Part shown: in pieces, positions 22,280 through 34,640 of the stretch
How positions within the stretch are numbered: the stretch's first letter is position 1
How the letters are laid out: each line of letters starts with the position of its first letter
Assembly (NCBI RefSeq): GCF_001194135.2
Contig: NC_068987.1
Location: 36,471,744-36,508,697 of the forward strand
Direction of reading: 5' to 3'
Source: Octopus bimaculoides
Lineage: Eukaryota
Length of the DNA stretch: 36,954 nt
The notes under the pieces: model-generated
The model's input: only the letters and a program-made list of their open reading frames with translations
What the model was told of the DNA's origin: nothing
The model's database searches: none
Position numbers and translations under genes: made by a program

Positions 22280-23900
22280 ACACCGATTATGAATTGTAGT
22301 ATACGACTATCACCGACAACCTAATTCCATGAAAGTAGCTTGGCATTTGAACACCTAGCTGCAAAGTCAAACGTAGTGATACCACACAAAGTAATCACAT
22401 AAAAAACCATGTCGCCCAGTGCTTCCACCAAATATTGTTATTGGCTCTCCGTCGCTTACGACGTCGAGGGTTCCAGTTGATCCGTTCAACAGAACAGTCT
22501 GCTCGTGAAATTAACGTGCAAGTGGCTGAGCACTTCACAGACACGTGAACCCTTNNNNNNNNNNAAGTGGCTGAGCACTTCACAGACACGTGAACCCTTA
22601 ACGTAGTTCTCGGGGATATTCTGCGTGACACAGTGTGACAAGGCTGGCCCTTTGAATTAAAGGCACAACAGAAGCAGGGACTAAGTGTGAGAGAAAGTTG
22701 TGGTGAAAGAGTACAGCAAGGTTCACCACCATCCCCTGCCGGAGCCTCGTGGAGCTTTTACGTGTCTTCGCTCAATAAACACTCACAACGCCCGGTCTGG
22801 GAATCGAAACCGCGATCCTATAACCGCGAGTCCGCTGCCCTAACCACTGGGTCATTGCGCCTCCACTCCACCAAATATACATAACGACGATATTGTAATA
22901 ATATTGAACACAATACAGTAATAATATTGAACACGTGAGAAATTAAATGAAGACCTCGAGAACAACCCAGGAGGAAACAAATTAACAACCGGAAGCAATA
23001 ACTAGCACGATTCCATTTCTAGGCGTAAACATTTCAGATTAAAAAGGAAACAAGCCTTATGTAAGTGCACACAGAAGACACAAACAATGTATATAACAAT
23101 ACAGAAGTAGCAAATACTACACGACTACAATATTTCAATATTAAAATCACTATTTGGAACATCCTATCCCATAAATGGAAGTTTAAAAGAAATACACAGA
23201 ATAAGTGAAATGGTAATTAATAACAGATATCCAAACTGACAAGCAGAACAAGTACTGACTAATTTAGACAGAAATACAACGCAACAAATGCATTAAACGA
23301 TACCCAAATAAAGAAACACACATATATATAAAGTGTACCATATGCATTAAACGCTTACCCTTTATAGAAGAAGCGAGTGCATATTAAAAGATCTCATAAT
23401 AAAAAAGGCAAAGTACCTTACACCAATCTGGTACTGATAACATAATATAAATGCACGCCTATTCAAAGCAATCTTATTAGTTTCATGGTACATGTAAGTA
23501 AACTTGAAAACAAGCTGCAAGTTTGAATTTTAATCTATAAATTTAACTGTTGAAGTGAAAGTTACAAACTTCAAGATTCTCTTACATTTTCTGCAGAAAT
23601 GCAACACACTGCCGAAGGCTCACCATGCAATTGCAAAAGAAACGCTGCGGGTCCAATAGAAGTGCCAGCGGGATGCCAGTTGTGTATAAGACAACCAAAA
23701 ACTGCAATATGAGAAACGTTTGAAAAAATAACCATACTGCATCATCCGTCGCACGCGTCAACAAATAGTGCATTCGGACCTTATGTAGAAAAATCCATTC
23801 GAATAATATATTGCTATGTCTGCTAAATGACGGTACAACATGCAACGTGTTCTGGAAAGCGCGAAGTAAGAGCACAAAGGATGTGTGCAACAGGATCCCG
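22280..23900 (+). mobile_element. Decayed Penelope-like retroelement (RT core/thumb plus Cys motif/GIY-YIG), interrupted by the SINE at 22436-22866
   Basis: Across frameshifts: LSPTT*F (motif B'-like), NDDIVII (22883-), KLTT..TIPFLGVNI (23010-), KEIHRISEMVINNRYPN, CNCKRNAAGP (23626-), VVYKTT (23679-), ETF..NNHTASS..STNSAF. The order matches PLE RT-EN proteins. The sequence is heavily mutated. Confidence 0.65.
22436..22866 (-). mobile_element. tRNA-derived SINE (family 3), full-length, with a 12-bp TSD
   Basis: The minus-strand head gtggaggcgcaatgacccagtggttagggcagcggactcgc...ggtttcgattcc has A- and B-box-like motifs. TCCACCAAATAT occurs at 22424-22435 and 22867-22878. Confidence 0.9.
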
Positions 23901-23994
23901 AAGCCGCGAGTCCAGGAGATATCTACGACTAGTGACTGGGAAAAGGAAGATCACAATCCCTGCAGGTAATAAGGAGGAACTATGGGAAGGATAA

Positions 23995-24038
23995 AATGCT
24001 ACCGTTTCGATACAGAAGGTGTATTTTCTTCGAGGATC
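23995..24038 (-). ncRNA. Degenerate hammerhead-like motif next to the Penelope-like remnant
   Basis: Minus strand: gatcc-TCGAAGA-a-aataca/ccttc/tgtatc-GAAA-cgg-TA-gcatt. Confidence 0.4.
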
Positions 24039-24698
24039 CCTGGTTCTGGTAGAGTAGTAAATTTGGATGAAGTGTCGAAATGCAAATAATCAGGTATAGT
24101 GGCAACTATGTCTGCACAACAATAATAAACATAGATATGTATATGAACACGCAACACACAAAAAAACCATACATATGCATACACAATCATGTGTACGTGT
24201 ATACATCTTTAACAGGAGAAAACTTTCTGATAGCACTAAATAAATAAAATATAAACACATGTGTATGAAACAAAGAAATATTCGCACAGAAACACAGGTA
24301 AAATTAGACGTAATCGTAAAGACGTTAGTAAACAAAATCTAAAACAAAATCTAAGATTGGTGTAAATATATTTATATATAAACTGAAGCGTGAAGACAAA
24401 ACTGATATATAAAAAAGAACATAGAATAAATTACGCGTGTGAAAATATAAGCTTCTAGGGAAGGTAAATAAGTGCAAATATAATTCTATATATATAGACA
24501 CATACACACACACACACACATATGTAGATTCATACATACATACATACATACATACATACATACACACGTAAATCTGCACACAAAGGCAGATATACGAATA
24601 CGAATACAAATGTATGCATATGAAAAATACAAAGGCACGTGTTACGTTTGAACAAAAGAACACAAGTAATAAAAAAATAAACATATACAAATAATACA

Positions 24699-24742
<44 letters not shown>

Positions 24743-25559
24743 NNNNNNNNNNNNNNNNNNNNNNNNNNNNNNNNNNNNNNNNNNNNNNNNNNNNNNNNNN
24801 NNNNNNNNNNNNNNNNNNNNNNNNNNNNNNNNNNNNNNNNNNNNNNNNNNNNNNNNNNNNNNNNNNNNNNNNNNNNNNNNNNNNNNNNNNNNNNNNNNNN
24901 NNNNNNNNNNNNNNNNNNNNNNNNNNNNNNNNNNNNNNNNNNNNNNNNNNNNNNNNNNNNNNNNNNNNNNNNNNNNNNNNNNNNNNNNNNNNNNNNNNNN
25001 NNNNNNNNNNNNNNNNNNNNNNNNNNNNNNNNNNNNNNNNNNNNNNNNNNNNNNNNNNNNNNNNNNNNNNNNNNNNNNNNNNNNNNNNNNNNNNNNNNNN
25101 NNNNNNNNNNNNNNNNNNNNNNNNNNNNNNNNNNNNNNNNNNNNNNNNNNNNNNNNNNNNNNNNNNNNNNNNNNNNNNNNNNNNNNNNNNNNNNNNNNNN
25201 NNNNNNNNNNNNNNNNNNNNNNNNNNNNNNNNNNNNNNNNNNNNNNNNNNNNNNNTATATATATATATACATATACATATATATATATATAGGCAATGAC
25301 ACTCCGGTCTTGCGCCACATCAGCTTGACCGTTCATTCCCTATGACGTCTGTCTTTGTTCGTATTTGGTATTGCAGAGAGGCCACCCACCTACCGCCTCT
25401 GTCGAGTGTGGGCTCTTATCTCCTTCCATCCCTCAGTCTCATATGGTCTCAATTCTTCACCTAATTTCGTCTAAAATCATTTTCACACACATTTTCCAAC
25501 ACCACACATCCCACTTCCCCTTCTCCTCTACCGCATACACCTTCACTACACCGTTATAC

Positions 25560-26080
25560 TCAGTACCTACACCACGTACAAATATGCCCCTACAGCATAA
25601 ACATGCACCTACACACATGCACACAAACGCACACGCAAAGTGGGAGCGGGGATTTCACCTGACACCTCCATCTATGGGAACCCACATACATCATGCTACA
25701 ACTCACATACATCAGAGAGCTTCACATACATACAAGCGCTCTCACACATATATATATATACGCACAGACACAGAATATTCATACACATGTTACCGTCATA
25801 GACACACACTTTATCTAACAGTCCATATACACACACCTACTGATAACAAGGACATGTACAGTCTTTCACATATATACACACGTACATACATACACACGCG
25901 CACTGCCATACATACACACGCGCACTGCCATACATACACATACCTACGCTCACTAAATCTTCTAATATTCCTACACACACACATGCTTGCCCACACACAT
26001 ATACTCACACGCTTGCTCATGCACACAAATACATACGCATATATTATCTTCGCGTACACACATGCTTGCATACAAGCAAT
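25560..26080. repeat. Decayed (CA/TA)-rich low-complexity tract
   Basis: Direct. It explains the His/Thr-rich ORF 25365-26108. Confidence 0.8.
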
Positions 26081-26739
26081 TCAGCAAAGTAACTGTTATC
26101 TCCCTTGACACCCATGTCTTCAACCTTTTCCATCCTGTCCATTCAACATGTACTCCTCTCTCTCCATCTTTTTTTCTTCTCATTCTTTTCTGCAAAAGAG
26201 CATAGGTTTGAAACGTCAAAACCTCTTTCATTTTACAGAGCGTCAAACTAATACACTTGTTTGTTGTTTTCTCACCTGTAGCTGTCTTTTATTTTTGTTG
26301 TTGTTTTGTTTTTTGCATATCTTCGAACTGTGTGTATGTGTGTATGCGTGAGCGTGTGTGTGTATGTTTGTGTGTGTGGAGTGGGTGCGTGTGGCCGTGT
26401 CTCCGTGTCACCGTGTGTGTTAGTGTGCGTTTATAATTATATATTTTAAAAGCCAAAACAATGCAGTTTACAAAAATAAAGACACGTTGATACTTTTACC
26501 TACTATTCCAATATTTCTAGGTTAAGATTCTTTACTTAATAAATTTTTGATGATGCTCTGTTATTGGCTGATTTCTCTGCCTAGTATTGTGCTTGTGTAG
26601 TTGGTATGCGTCACTATACTAACCAATTGGGCTCGCGCATCGCTGATCCATTGTTAATACGTGGTATATATTTCTCAATTAAAATAGCTTATTTTACTCT
26701 CTAGTTTTTCAATTTCTACTTCCCTATTCTTCTGTATCC

Positions 26740-26825
26740 CTTCTCTGTGTGTGCGAGAGTCTCTCTCTTTCTTTATCCCTCTCTCTCTCTCCCTCTCTTT
26801 CTCTCTCTCCCTCTCTCTCTCTCTT
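26740..26825. repeat. (CT)n imperfect microsatellite
   Basis: Direct. Confidence 0.9.
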
Positions 26826-27972
26826 CAATTTGATTCTCTGTAGATACTGTACACTCTCTGATCAACCTCTCCTCATCTAATGGACGACTTTAACTGTTCT
26901 GACAATATATAACGGGTTAATTCCATAATTTTGTTTATATTTTAAAATGCCGTATATGAGGAAGATGTTGGTTAGAAATGAAATTCCTTTTACCTTATGC
27001 GCAACGACCTGAAACTTACGTATTAAATGCATTCAAAATATCATTACTTGATTATTTAACTTGTACATNNNNNNNNNNNNNNNNNNNNNNNNNNNNNNNN
27101 NNNNNNNNNNNNNNNNNNNNNNNNNNNNNNNNNNNNNNNNNNNNNNNNNNNNNNNNNNNNNNNNNNNNNNNNNNNNNNNNNNNNNNNNNNNNNNNNNNNN
27201 NNNNNGCCGCGTACTAATGTAATTATTAAGACTCACTAGTTATGAAGCAAGGACTGGAAAGATCTTCACTAGAAGGATGTTTAATTTTCGTAACTAGCTT
27301 AAACCGAATTATGATCACATGAGTTACTCGCTACCTAATGAGAGAGGAGAAGACATATTTCTATATTCATGCTCTGTATATTTGGAGAAAGAAGATTAAA
27401 TGATGACGGTGAACGATAATTTTCTGATTGAAATTAAGTAAAGTGTAGTGGTGAGGTTTAACATCCGCTTAGACCTCATATGTATAGTTTTTCTTTTTTG
27501 TTTTTGTTTTTGCCATCTAGTGCAGATATCAACATGGAACATTCCAAGTGATTGGGAATGATTTTTGAATTTCAAATTAAAATCATCGTCAGCAAGGAAA
27601 CTAGAGTTCTTTAGGTTATCTTTGGAAAATGAATGGTGATGTGTGTAATATCTGAAATTATAACTGGAACCAATATAGAATATAGAAGAATTATTGGTTT
27701 TAGAGTATATTTTTAAACCACAATATCGTGCTTGCGGTGAGCATCAATGGAAAAATTTTCTCTCAGAATTTTTTCAAACAAATAAATTGTGTTATTGAAA
27801 TTAGAAGAAGTTTATTATTTCTCTTTTTCCCTCATTTCTCTGATTAATACAAGAAGCATCAGGTGTGTTTAAGCATTTTATTGTTTGTTATTATTGTTAT
27901 GATTACTATGGCCTTCATTAATATTATTTGATCCATTATTACAACAATTATTATCATGTTGTTTTTATTACT

Positions 27973-28184
27973 AAGGTGGCTAGCTGGCAGAATCGTTAAC
28001 ACGACGGAAAAATGCTTAGCGGCATTTTGTCTGTCTTTTATATTTTGAGTTCAAATCCCTCCGTGGTTGTCTTTGACATTTGGGGTTGATAAAATAAAGT
28101 ACTTCTTGAACACTAGGGAAGATGTAATCACCTTCCTTCTCCTCACGAATTCCTGACCTTGTTCCTGCAGTACAAAGGATTATT
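27973..28184 (+). mobile_element. tRNA-derived SINE (family 2)
   Basis: aggtggctagctggcagaatcgttaacac...gagttcaaatcc...ggggttgataaaataaagtac...gatgtaatc...ccttgttcct, ending in a (TTA)n-like tail. A- and B-box-like motifs are present. It is similar to 33437-33643. Confidence 0.85.
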
Positions 28185-29313
28185 ACTATTACTACTACCA
28201 TTATTGACACGACAACTCCTACAGATATCAACATTACGATTATAATCCATTAAGTTACAACTAAAATAATCTCTTGGAGAAGTATTATTAAGGCTTAAAG
28301 TTTTGGTTCGGAATTAATATCAAACTTGCTTAAATTAGAGCGAATAAATATTACAAAATATAAGCTATATTAGGTGTGTTACAATAAGAACATTTAACGG
28401 TTGGATTGTTGTAAATCAGGTAATATTTATGTTGTGGAGGAAAACTGACTTCAAGAATTTTATAGAATAATTGCGCAATTCTAGTTTTGATATCTCTTGA
28501 ATATGGAACATTATATCAGATTATGTTGTGTTTTACTATTCAATGATAACTTATCATTTTAAATTAGAGAAAAATAGTCATACCTTAATAGCTTAATTAC
28601 TGGGAGGAATAAAATCTGGAAGTGGAGAATTGAAAGTATTATGTGAAATACAATCAACAATAGAAACCCTGAAGATATTAATTTTATATCTTTGAATTAT
28701 AATGTGGCAAAGGATCATATTTCTAAGGTACGGGGATCCCAATAGTGACGCTGGTTATTATATTCTATTATAAGTGGCGTTCAAGCACTATTTTTAAAAT
28801 TCTTTTTCAGAAATATATTTGTGATTTGTAGTGGAGCTAATACGTTTACTCGAAGAGTTTTGTAATTACTTTTGTACTTAGGCGGATTCTTAATTCTCTT
28901 TATAGCCTTAGCCAGATTCTTAATTCTTTTAATAACATCAGACGATAAATGACTATATTATTACTTGACAAAATATTTCTATTGATAAATATATTCGAGA
29001 TGCTATTTTTACTTTTAGTTAGCCGTGCTGTCTATAATTATTTGTCGTTAACAATGATTTATTTTGCAGCTTATATTTTGTAATCTCAATATGACAAGTG
29101 ACATTTAATATGGCCATACTTTTTCCTTTTTCATCACATCCAGTTCCAGTCAGAGCATAACTATATAATGCTTAATTATTATTAAATATTACTTCATTAG
29201 CTAAGAGATTAGTCATTCTAATTAAATATTTCTTATTCATCTTTCATCTAATGAAATAGTCCTAGGATGATATTTAAATTAAGAGGAACAAATACAGACA
29301 AACACACCGAAAT

Positions 29314-29376
29314 CAGTCCCACTGCGTGGAACTTCGATCGTATGTATGTTTAGACTTGGGCCGACCAAAACCATTG
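29314..29376 (+). mobile_element. Short degenerate SINE family 1 head fragment
   Basis: cagtcccactgcgtgg and gggccgaccaaa both match 36782-36840. Confidence 0.55.
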
Positions 29377-29585
29377 CTTCTGGTAAGAACATCTCAGTTT
29401 ACAAGTATTACAAATAAGGGCCTGAAAGAGAATTTAGCATCTTAACCTATCGTTGACATACAATTACCTCCCCAGACAGTGAGTTTTATTCATATTCTAA
29501 TATTGTTTTGCCATTTCTTCTTTATTTACTTAAATTCAGTACAGACTATGCGGAAGAAAATTATACTATATTTGGGTTTAATATC

Positions 29586-29802
29586 ACTCTTTTTTTTTTT
29601 TTACTTGTTTCAGTCTTTTGACTGTGGCCATGCTGGAGCACCGCCTTTTAGTCGAGCAAATCGACCCCAGGACTTATTCTTTAGAAGCCTAGTACTTATT
29701 CTATCGATCTATTTTGCCGAACCGCTAAGTTACGGGGACATAAACACACCAGCATCGGTTGTCAAGTGATGTTGGGGGGGACAAACACACACATACAAAC
29801 AT

Positions 29803-29853
<51 letters not shown>

Positions 29854-30019
29854 TACGACGGGCTTCTTTCAGTTTCCGTCTACCAAATCCACTCACAAGA
29901 CTTTGGTCGGCCCGAGGCTATAGTAGAAGACACTTGCCCAAGATGCCGCGCAGTGGGACTGAACCCGGGACCATGTGGTTGGTAAGCTAGCTACTTACCA
30001 CACAGCCACTCCTACGCCT
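29586..30019 (-). mobile_element. SINE family 1, full-length: tRNA-like head, internal (TA)n/(TG)n microsatellite, 3' domain with terminal stem-loop and A-rich tail
   Basis: A box TGGCTGTGTGG and B box GGTTCAGTCCC on the minus strand. A CAGTC-aaaa-GACTG hairpin precedes the tail. Five related copies or fragments occur in this window. Confidence 0.95.
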
Positions 30020-30356
30020 ATCAATATATAATCATTATAGGAGCATAAGCAAAACTCGGTCGACATTTTTGTTAGAAATTTTTTAACTGGTTTCACTACA
30101 TACTAAATTGATACGAAAAGCAATAACCGCGTTAAAAACACTTTCTCCACTAGTGGCTTTGCACTCACATGAAATGCCTTGCCTTCTTGTTCTGGGTAAA
30201 GAGAACAACAGAAGCTGGATAAAATCAATTAATTAACCCCCAGAATGTTAATTATGACCATATGTATGCACACACACACACACATATATACATATGTTTA
30301 ACACTACGCACATATATATGTGTATACATTTGTATATACATACATTTATATATATA

Positions 30357-31611
30357 TTAGGTCGTCAAGTAAGAAATCCGTAGAAAAGGAAAAAGTTTGC
30401 TAAATACAAGGAATAGTTTTATTCATTAAAGGTATAGTTTTATTCATCAATACACTTTTGCCATTTCAGCGGTAGCTTGTCCAGCCCAGAACTGTAACAG
30501 CCTGACAGTCTAGAGAAAATAAAACCATGGAAGGCCTGTTTTCAGCATTATCGGAATTAAATTTTTTTCCTATCAAAAGTTATCTAAATTCTGGAAGAAG
30601 AGGTAGTCAGTGAGGGCAAGATCAGGTGAGTATGGTGGATTATGGAGAACTTTCAGCATCAACTCTTTTAGTTTCGCCAGTGTCGTTTTTGCGATGTGTG
30701 ATCTGACGTTGAGTTGCAATAAAATAGGAGTGGATCTGTTGATTAATCTAGGCTGCTTCTTTTTTTTGTAAGTTTCTGCATCATTTGGTTCATTTGGGTG
30801 CAGTATACTTCGGTCGTGATTGATGAGCCAGGTTTAATGAAATTATAATGGATCATACCTGCACCAGATCACCAAACGCAAACCATCAGCTTCTTTTGAT
30901 GAATTTTGCTTTTGGACTGTTTCGATCTCGTCTTTGTCCAACCATTGTGCTGAACGTTTACGGTTGTTGTATTGGATCCATTTATCATCACACGTTACAA
31001 TTCGATTCAGAAATGATTCTTTTTGTAAAGTGAAAGTAGCACAATGCAGGCTTCTTAAGCGTTGCTGTTTCTGATTTTCATTGAGTTCATGTGGAACCCA
31101 CTTATCCAACTTTTTCACTTTACCGATTTGAACTAGCTGAGTCAATATTGTTTGCTCGCTAACACCAAACAACAACAATAATTCACAGGCACTTACAGAT
31201 GGATCTGGCTTGACCGTGGCTTTCAGTTCGTCATTATCCACCTTTGTTTCTGGTCGACCGCGTTGCTCATTTGTGAGGTCAAAGTTACCAAAGCGAAATT
31301 TTGCAAACCAATTTGATACTGTCTGCTGTGTAATAACATTAGAATAAAATACACCATTAATATTCGGTGCTGTCAGGGATGCTGTATTTCCAAGAAAGAA
31401 CTGTACGAATTTCCGACTTATCTATCTCTAAACAAAAATAGTAAACAGCGATTTATAAATACTTTATAAAGCGCAAAATTAGTTAGAATAAAGAAATAGA
31501 TGCGTCAGCTTTCTAGCAAAAAATATTGTCAAAATATTAAAATGGTGCAAAATGAGCAGCTGTTAAAGTTTACCATATACCTTGCTACAAATCTCATACT
31601 TCACAACCTAA
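30357..31611 (-). mobile_element. Full-length (1255 bp) decayed mariner transposon with both TIRs and TA flanks
   Basis: TIRs are ttaggtcgtcaagtaagaaatccgtag and (reverse complement) ttaggttgtgaagtatgagatttgtag, 21/27 identical, with TA on both sides. Transposase motifs WVPHEL, RIVTCDDKWI and PPYSPDLALTDY are present. The start ATG reads ATA (~31425) and the HDN motif is lost. There are stops and frameshifts. Confidence 0.95.
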
Positions 31612-31645
31612 TATATATATATATATATTATGACCATCCCCAAGT

Positions 31646-31649
<4 letters not shown>

Positions 31650-31722
<73 letters not shown>
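31650..31722. repeat. (TA)n microsatellite
   Basis: Direct. Confidence 0.98.
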
Positions 31723-31723
<1 letters not shown>

Positions 31724-33436
31724 TTATACATATACAGATGTTTATAGATATACATACATATATTGTGTGTATAATATGTACATTGAGAGTGAGCGATAGT
31801 GAGTGAGAAGTTTCGTGTTGTGTTCTTCAGCAAAATTATAATGGCACAAACATTGAGTTGGTCTCGCACTTAAACAGATTTCGTCATCGCATTCCTGATG
31901 AAATAATAGTTCTACTTTTATGATTATATTCTAGAAATAGTAACCGTTCGAGGTAACCGTTCGACATTGATAGAGAGGTGGCTGCAGAAGACGCGAAGTG
32001 GGATTGTTTTTGGTTGTTGTTGGAGCGCATTTAATTTAAAAGAAACAACGACGTATACTCATGATTTGGTAGAGGTGATTAGTAGCAAATAATGGTAAAT
32101 TTAATGCACTTTTTTAAAAGTAAAGTTGGTTAGTGATGCTGTTGGGGAATAAAAAGAATGTTGTGTGGTTGTGTAATCCCGGAAAGCCTGAAATAATAAG
32201 GTGTAAAATTTAGTTTATAGATTTAAGAAATTTTTTAGATTTTTGTTTTACATGATCCCTTAGATACTTAATGTATTTGCCCGTGTTCTTTTGTAGCCTG
32301 ATTACTGATTAATGTATTAGGTGCATTAGATTTGCGTAAATAGTACTTATATTTATTAAAAATGAAGCATTTTACTAAATAATTTAAACGTAATACAAAG
32401 AAAGACAAAATGCAAAAAAATTCATTAGTCTTTTATTGTTTTTAAATTTTGAACCAGTGAAGTCCTTTTGGAAGTTTGATATTTGGGAAAATATCAGAAG
32501 AAAAATATCAACATATCAAATTTCTATTTTGATGAAGGTTTTTGATCCTAACGACTTTGTTTTGAAGATTATTGCTTTGGCACTCCAGTAAAGATATCGT
32601 CTCAAATGATCTAGCTTCAAGTTATTTAATGTAATAGCATTTGTTACAAATAATATTCTTAAAATGGAAGGAATAAAGTACGTAGAAAGAAAATCATTCA
32701 ACAACGAGTCGTTCACCCGAACTCTAATGATACCGTCTCGTCTGATTAAGGGAAAGAGAATTGATTTTCTGAAAATCATCTACATTAGAAACCTATGTTT
32801 TGTGATAGAAAATTTTGAAGGAAAATAGAGAAAACTAATAAAGCTATATTCTACTTTTGATTTTTGTTTTCAACACTGATTAAATAATTTATATTTCCTT
32901 CGTTATTTGTTTTATTGTATTTAATTAGTTCAATGTTTAATCTTTAAACGTTGAATTTGTACAAGTATGGGAAAGGGGAAAAAGGAAGAGCACTTCGTTA
33001 GAGGTAAGTTTGTGAGATTGGAAAGAGGTTATGTGTTATATCAAAATGTATCATTCTAACAAAATCAAAAAAGGAATTAATTGGGTTATTTAGTGAAATG
33101 GCATAGTAATTACCAGCTGTTAATTTGATTGTGTATATTAGAGATGAGAACGGGTTCGTTGTCGGAGGTAACGAAAAGTACATTGTTGTGGTTAACAAGT
33201 TGAATTCAGGAAAGTTGCAAAAGATAAGGAAAGATAGGATTGCGTATTTCAGGTATATAGGTACTTCATTTTTATGACTTAATAAATTAGCTAGAGGACA
33301 TTATAAATATATATTATTCATTTCTCAATATACTTTCTATAAATTTAGTTTTTTTTAATTAGTCCATTGATTGATATTCTAAGCATAGCTTTTAAGGGAT
33401 TAATTCTGTAATGTTAATATTAATAGCTGCAATGTA

Positions 33437-33643
33437 GTGTAACGAGATGGCGGAATCGTTAGTACACCGGACGAAATGTACAGTGGCATTTCGTCCGGCT
33501 TTACGTTTTGAGTTGAAATTCTGCCCAGGTTGACCTCACCTTTCATCCTTTCGGGGTTGATTGAACAAGTATCAGTTCAGTACTGAGGTCGATGGAATCG
33601 ACTAATCCCCATCCCCTGAAATAGCTGGCATTGTGCCTGCATT
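33437..33643 (+). mobile_element. tRNA-derived SINE (family 2)
   Basis: gagatggcggaatcgttagtacaccgg...gagttgaaattc...cctttcatcctttcggggttgat...gtcgatggaatcgac...ggcattgtgcct. Confidence 0.85.
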
Positions 33644-34640
33644 AGGGGAATACAAGAGCAATGTCTTGAAGCATGTTTTTTTTTTCTCCGGCTGTAGATA
33701 CCGCATTTAATTTATTAAGAATTTTGAGGATGCAAATTTTACTCAGGTCAGCATTGAGATTGAGACACCGAATAATGCATTTACTGGACTCTACGGGCAA
33801 CCCTGTATGCATACACACAGCCCAGCTTTAATATGAGCGAAGTTAAAATTTTGAAAGTTGCACCAAATATTCATATACATGCACACAACCATACATACAC
33901 AGATCAATATAAGCCCATATATAGAGAGATTTTTATGTTGGTGATAGCACGGAGAATATATGAATTCATAGCTGTGGGTAATGTGGATTTTAGAAATGAG
34001 TTGCATCTAAGAACAACAAGTGCGTACAACCTCTTTGTGTTTACAATCACACCAGCTCAAAATATGCTCACGCATGCACAAGCTTTTGTTTAGATAAATT
34101 TGTATCTATCACTATAGGATTAGAAACGACCATTGAAACGATGGTTCTACATCGTAGGAATGCATCCCAGGCTTCAAGATGGCTTAAAACCTTGACTTGA
34201 AGACTGTCTACATGAACTCCATGTATTCATTGGACTTCTTTTATTATGGTACATTCACAAACTATTCTTAATATAGTTTTAAAAGTAAAATGAATAGAAT
34301 ATAACAAATAAAAACTGACACGGAAATGTTATTCCAATAGACATGATAAAATAAAACTTTGAAATTCACAAAGAAGTTATTTTTTGATTGTACCTGAGAT
34401 TAAACATATTTAGAGATGTTGATTTGGATATTATGCTTCAAAACAGTATAGATTTAGCCTTAGTGTTCACTTGTTGATTGAAAATGTTTAAAAGATTTTC
34501 AGTGCTACATTCGGCGAGACAGTATTTTAAGAGAATAGGATTGTGTTCCCCCGCCAAGTGGTTTCCTGTTCATCCATAAATAATATTTACACATTTTATT
34601 TCTGTGTGTAATTTCTATTATATATTATGTGTAATTTTTC

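Noticed and set aside
22520-22600. 35-bp tandem duplication aagtggctgagcacttcacagacacgtgaaccctt inside SINE family 3
   Set aside because: The two identical copies are separated by exactly 10 Ns, which indicates overlapping contig ends left unmerged (assembly artefact).
23582-23890. 102-aa hydrophobic minus-strand ORF as a receptor fragment
   Set aside because: It is better explained as the antisense of the Penelope-like GIY-YIG remnant.
24064-24085. tggatgaagtgtcgaaatgcaa as a hammerhead remnant
   Set aside because: The core is mismatched and stem II is absent.
25365-26108. 247-aa His/Thr-rich ORF
   Set aside because: It is the translation of a decayed (CA/TA)n tract.
31800-31830. Minus-strand CTGAAGA-acacaacac-GAAA-cttc-TC hammerhead-like string
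   Set aside because: Neither stem II nor stem I can form.
31896-31945. CTGATGA...GAAATAGTA hammerhead-like string
   Set aside because: There is no stem II closing next to GAAA and no stem I.
31939-31966. 13-bp tandem duplication gtaaccgttcga(g) (similar small ones at ~6186-6224, 11150-11180 and 22894-22935)
   Set aside because: Two- to three-unit local slippage duplications without spacers. This is not a CRISPR-like array.
32966-33170. Micro-exons ending at strong donors (AGAG|gtaagt at 33003 and GGAG|gtaacg at ~33167)
   Set aside because: Acceptors are weak and no recognisable product emerges. There is insufficient support without RNA data.
33790-33808. Tc1-like TIR (reverse complement tacagggttgcccgtag)
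   Set aside because: No partner TIR or transposase was found nearby.
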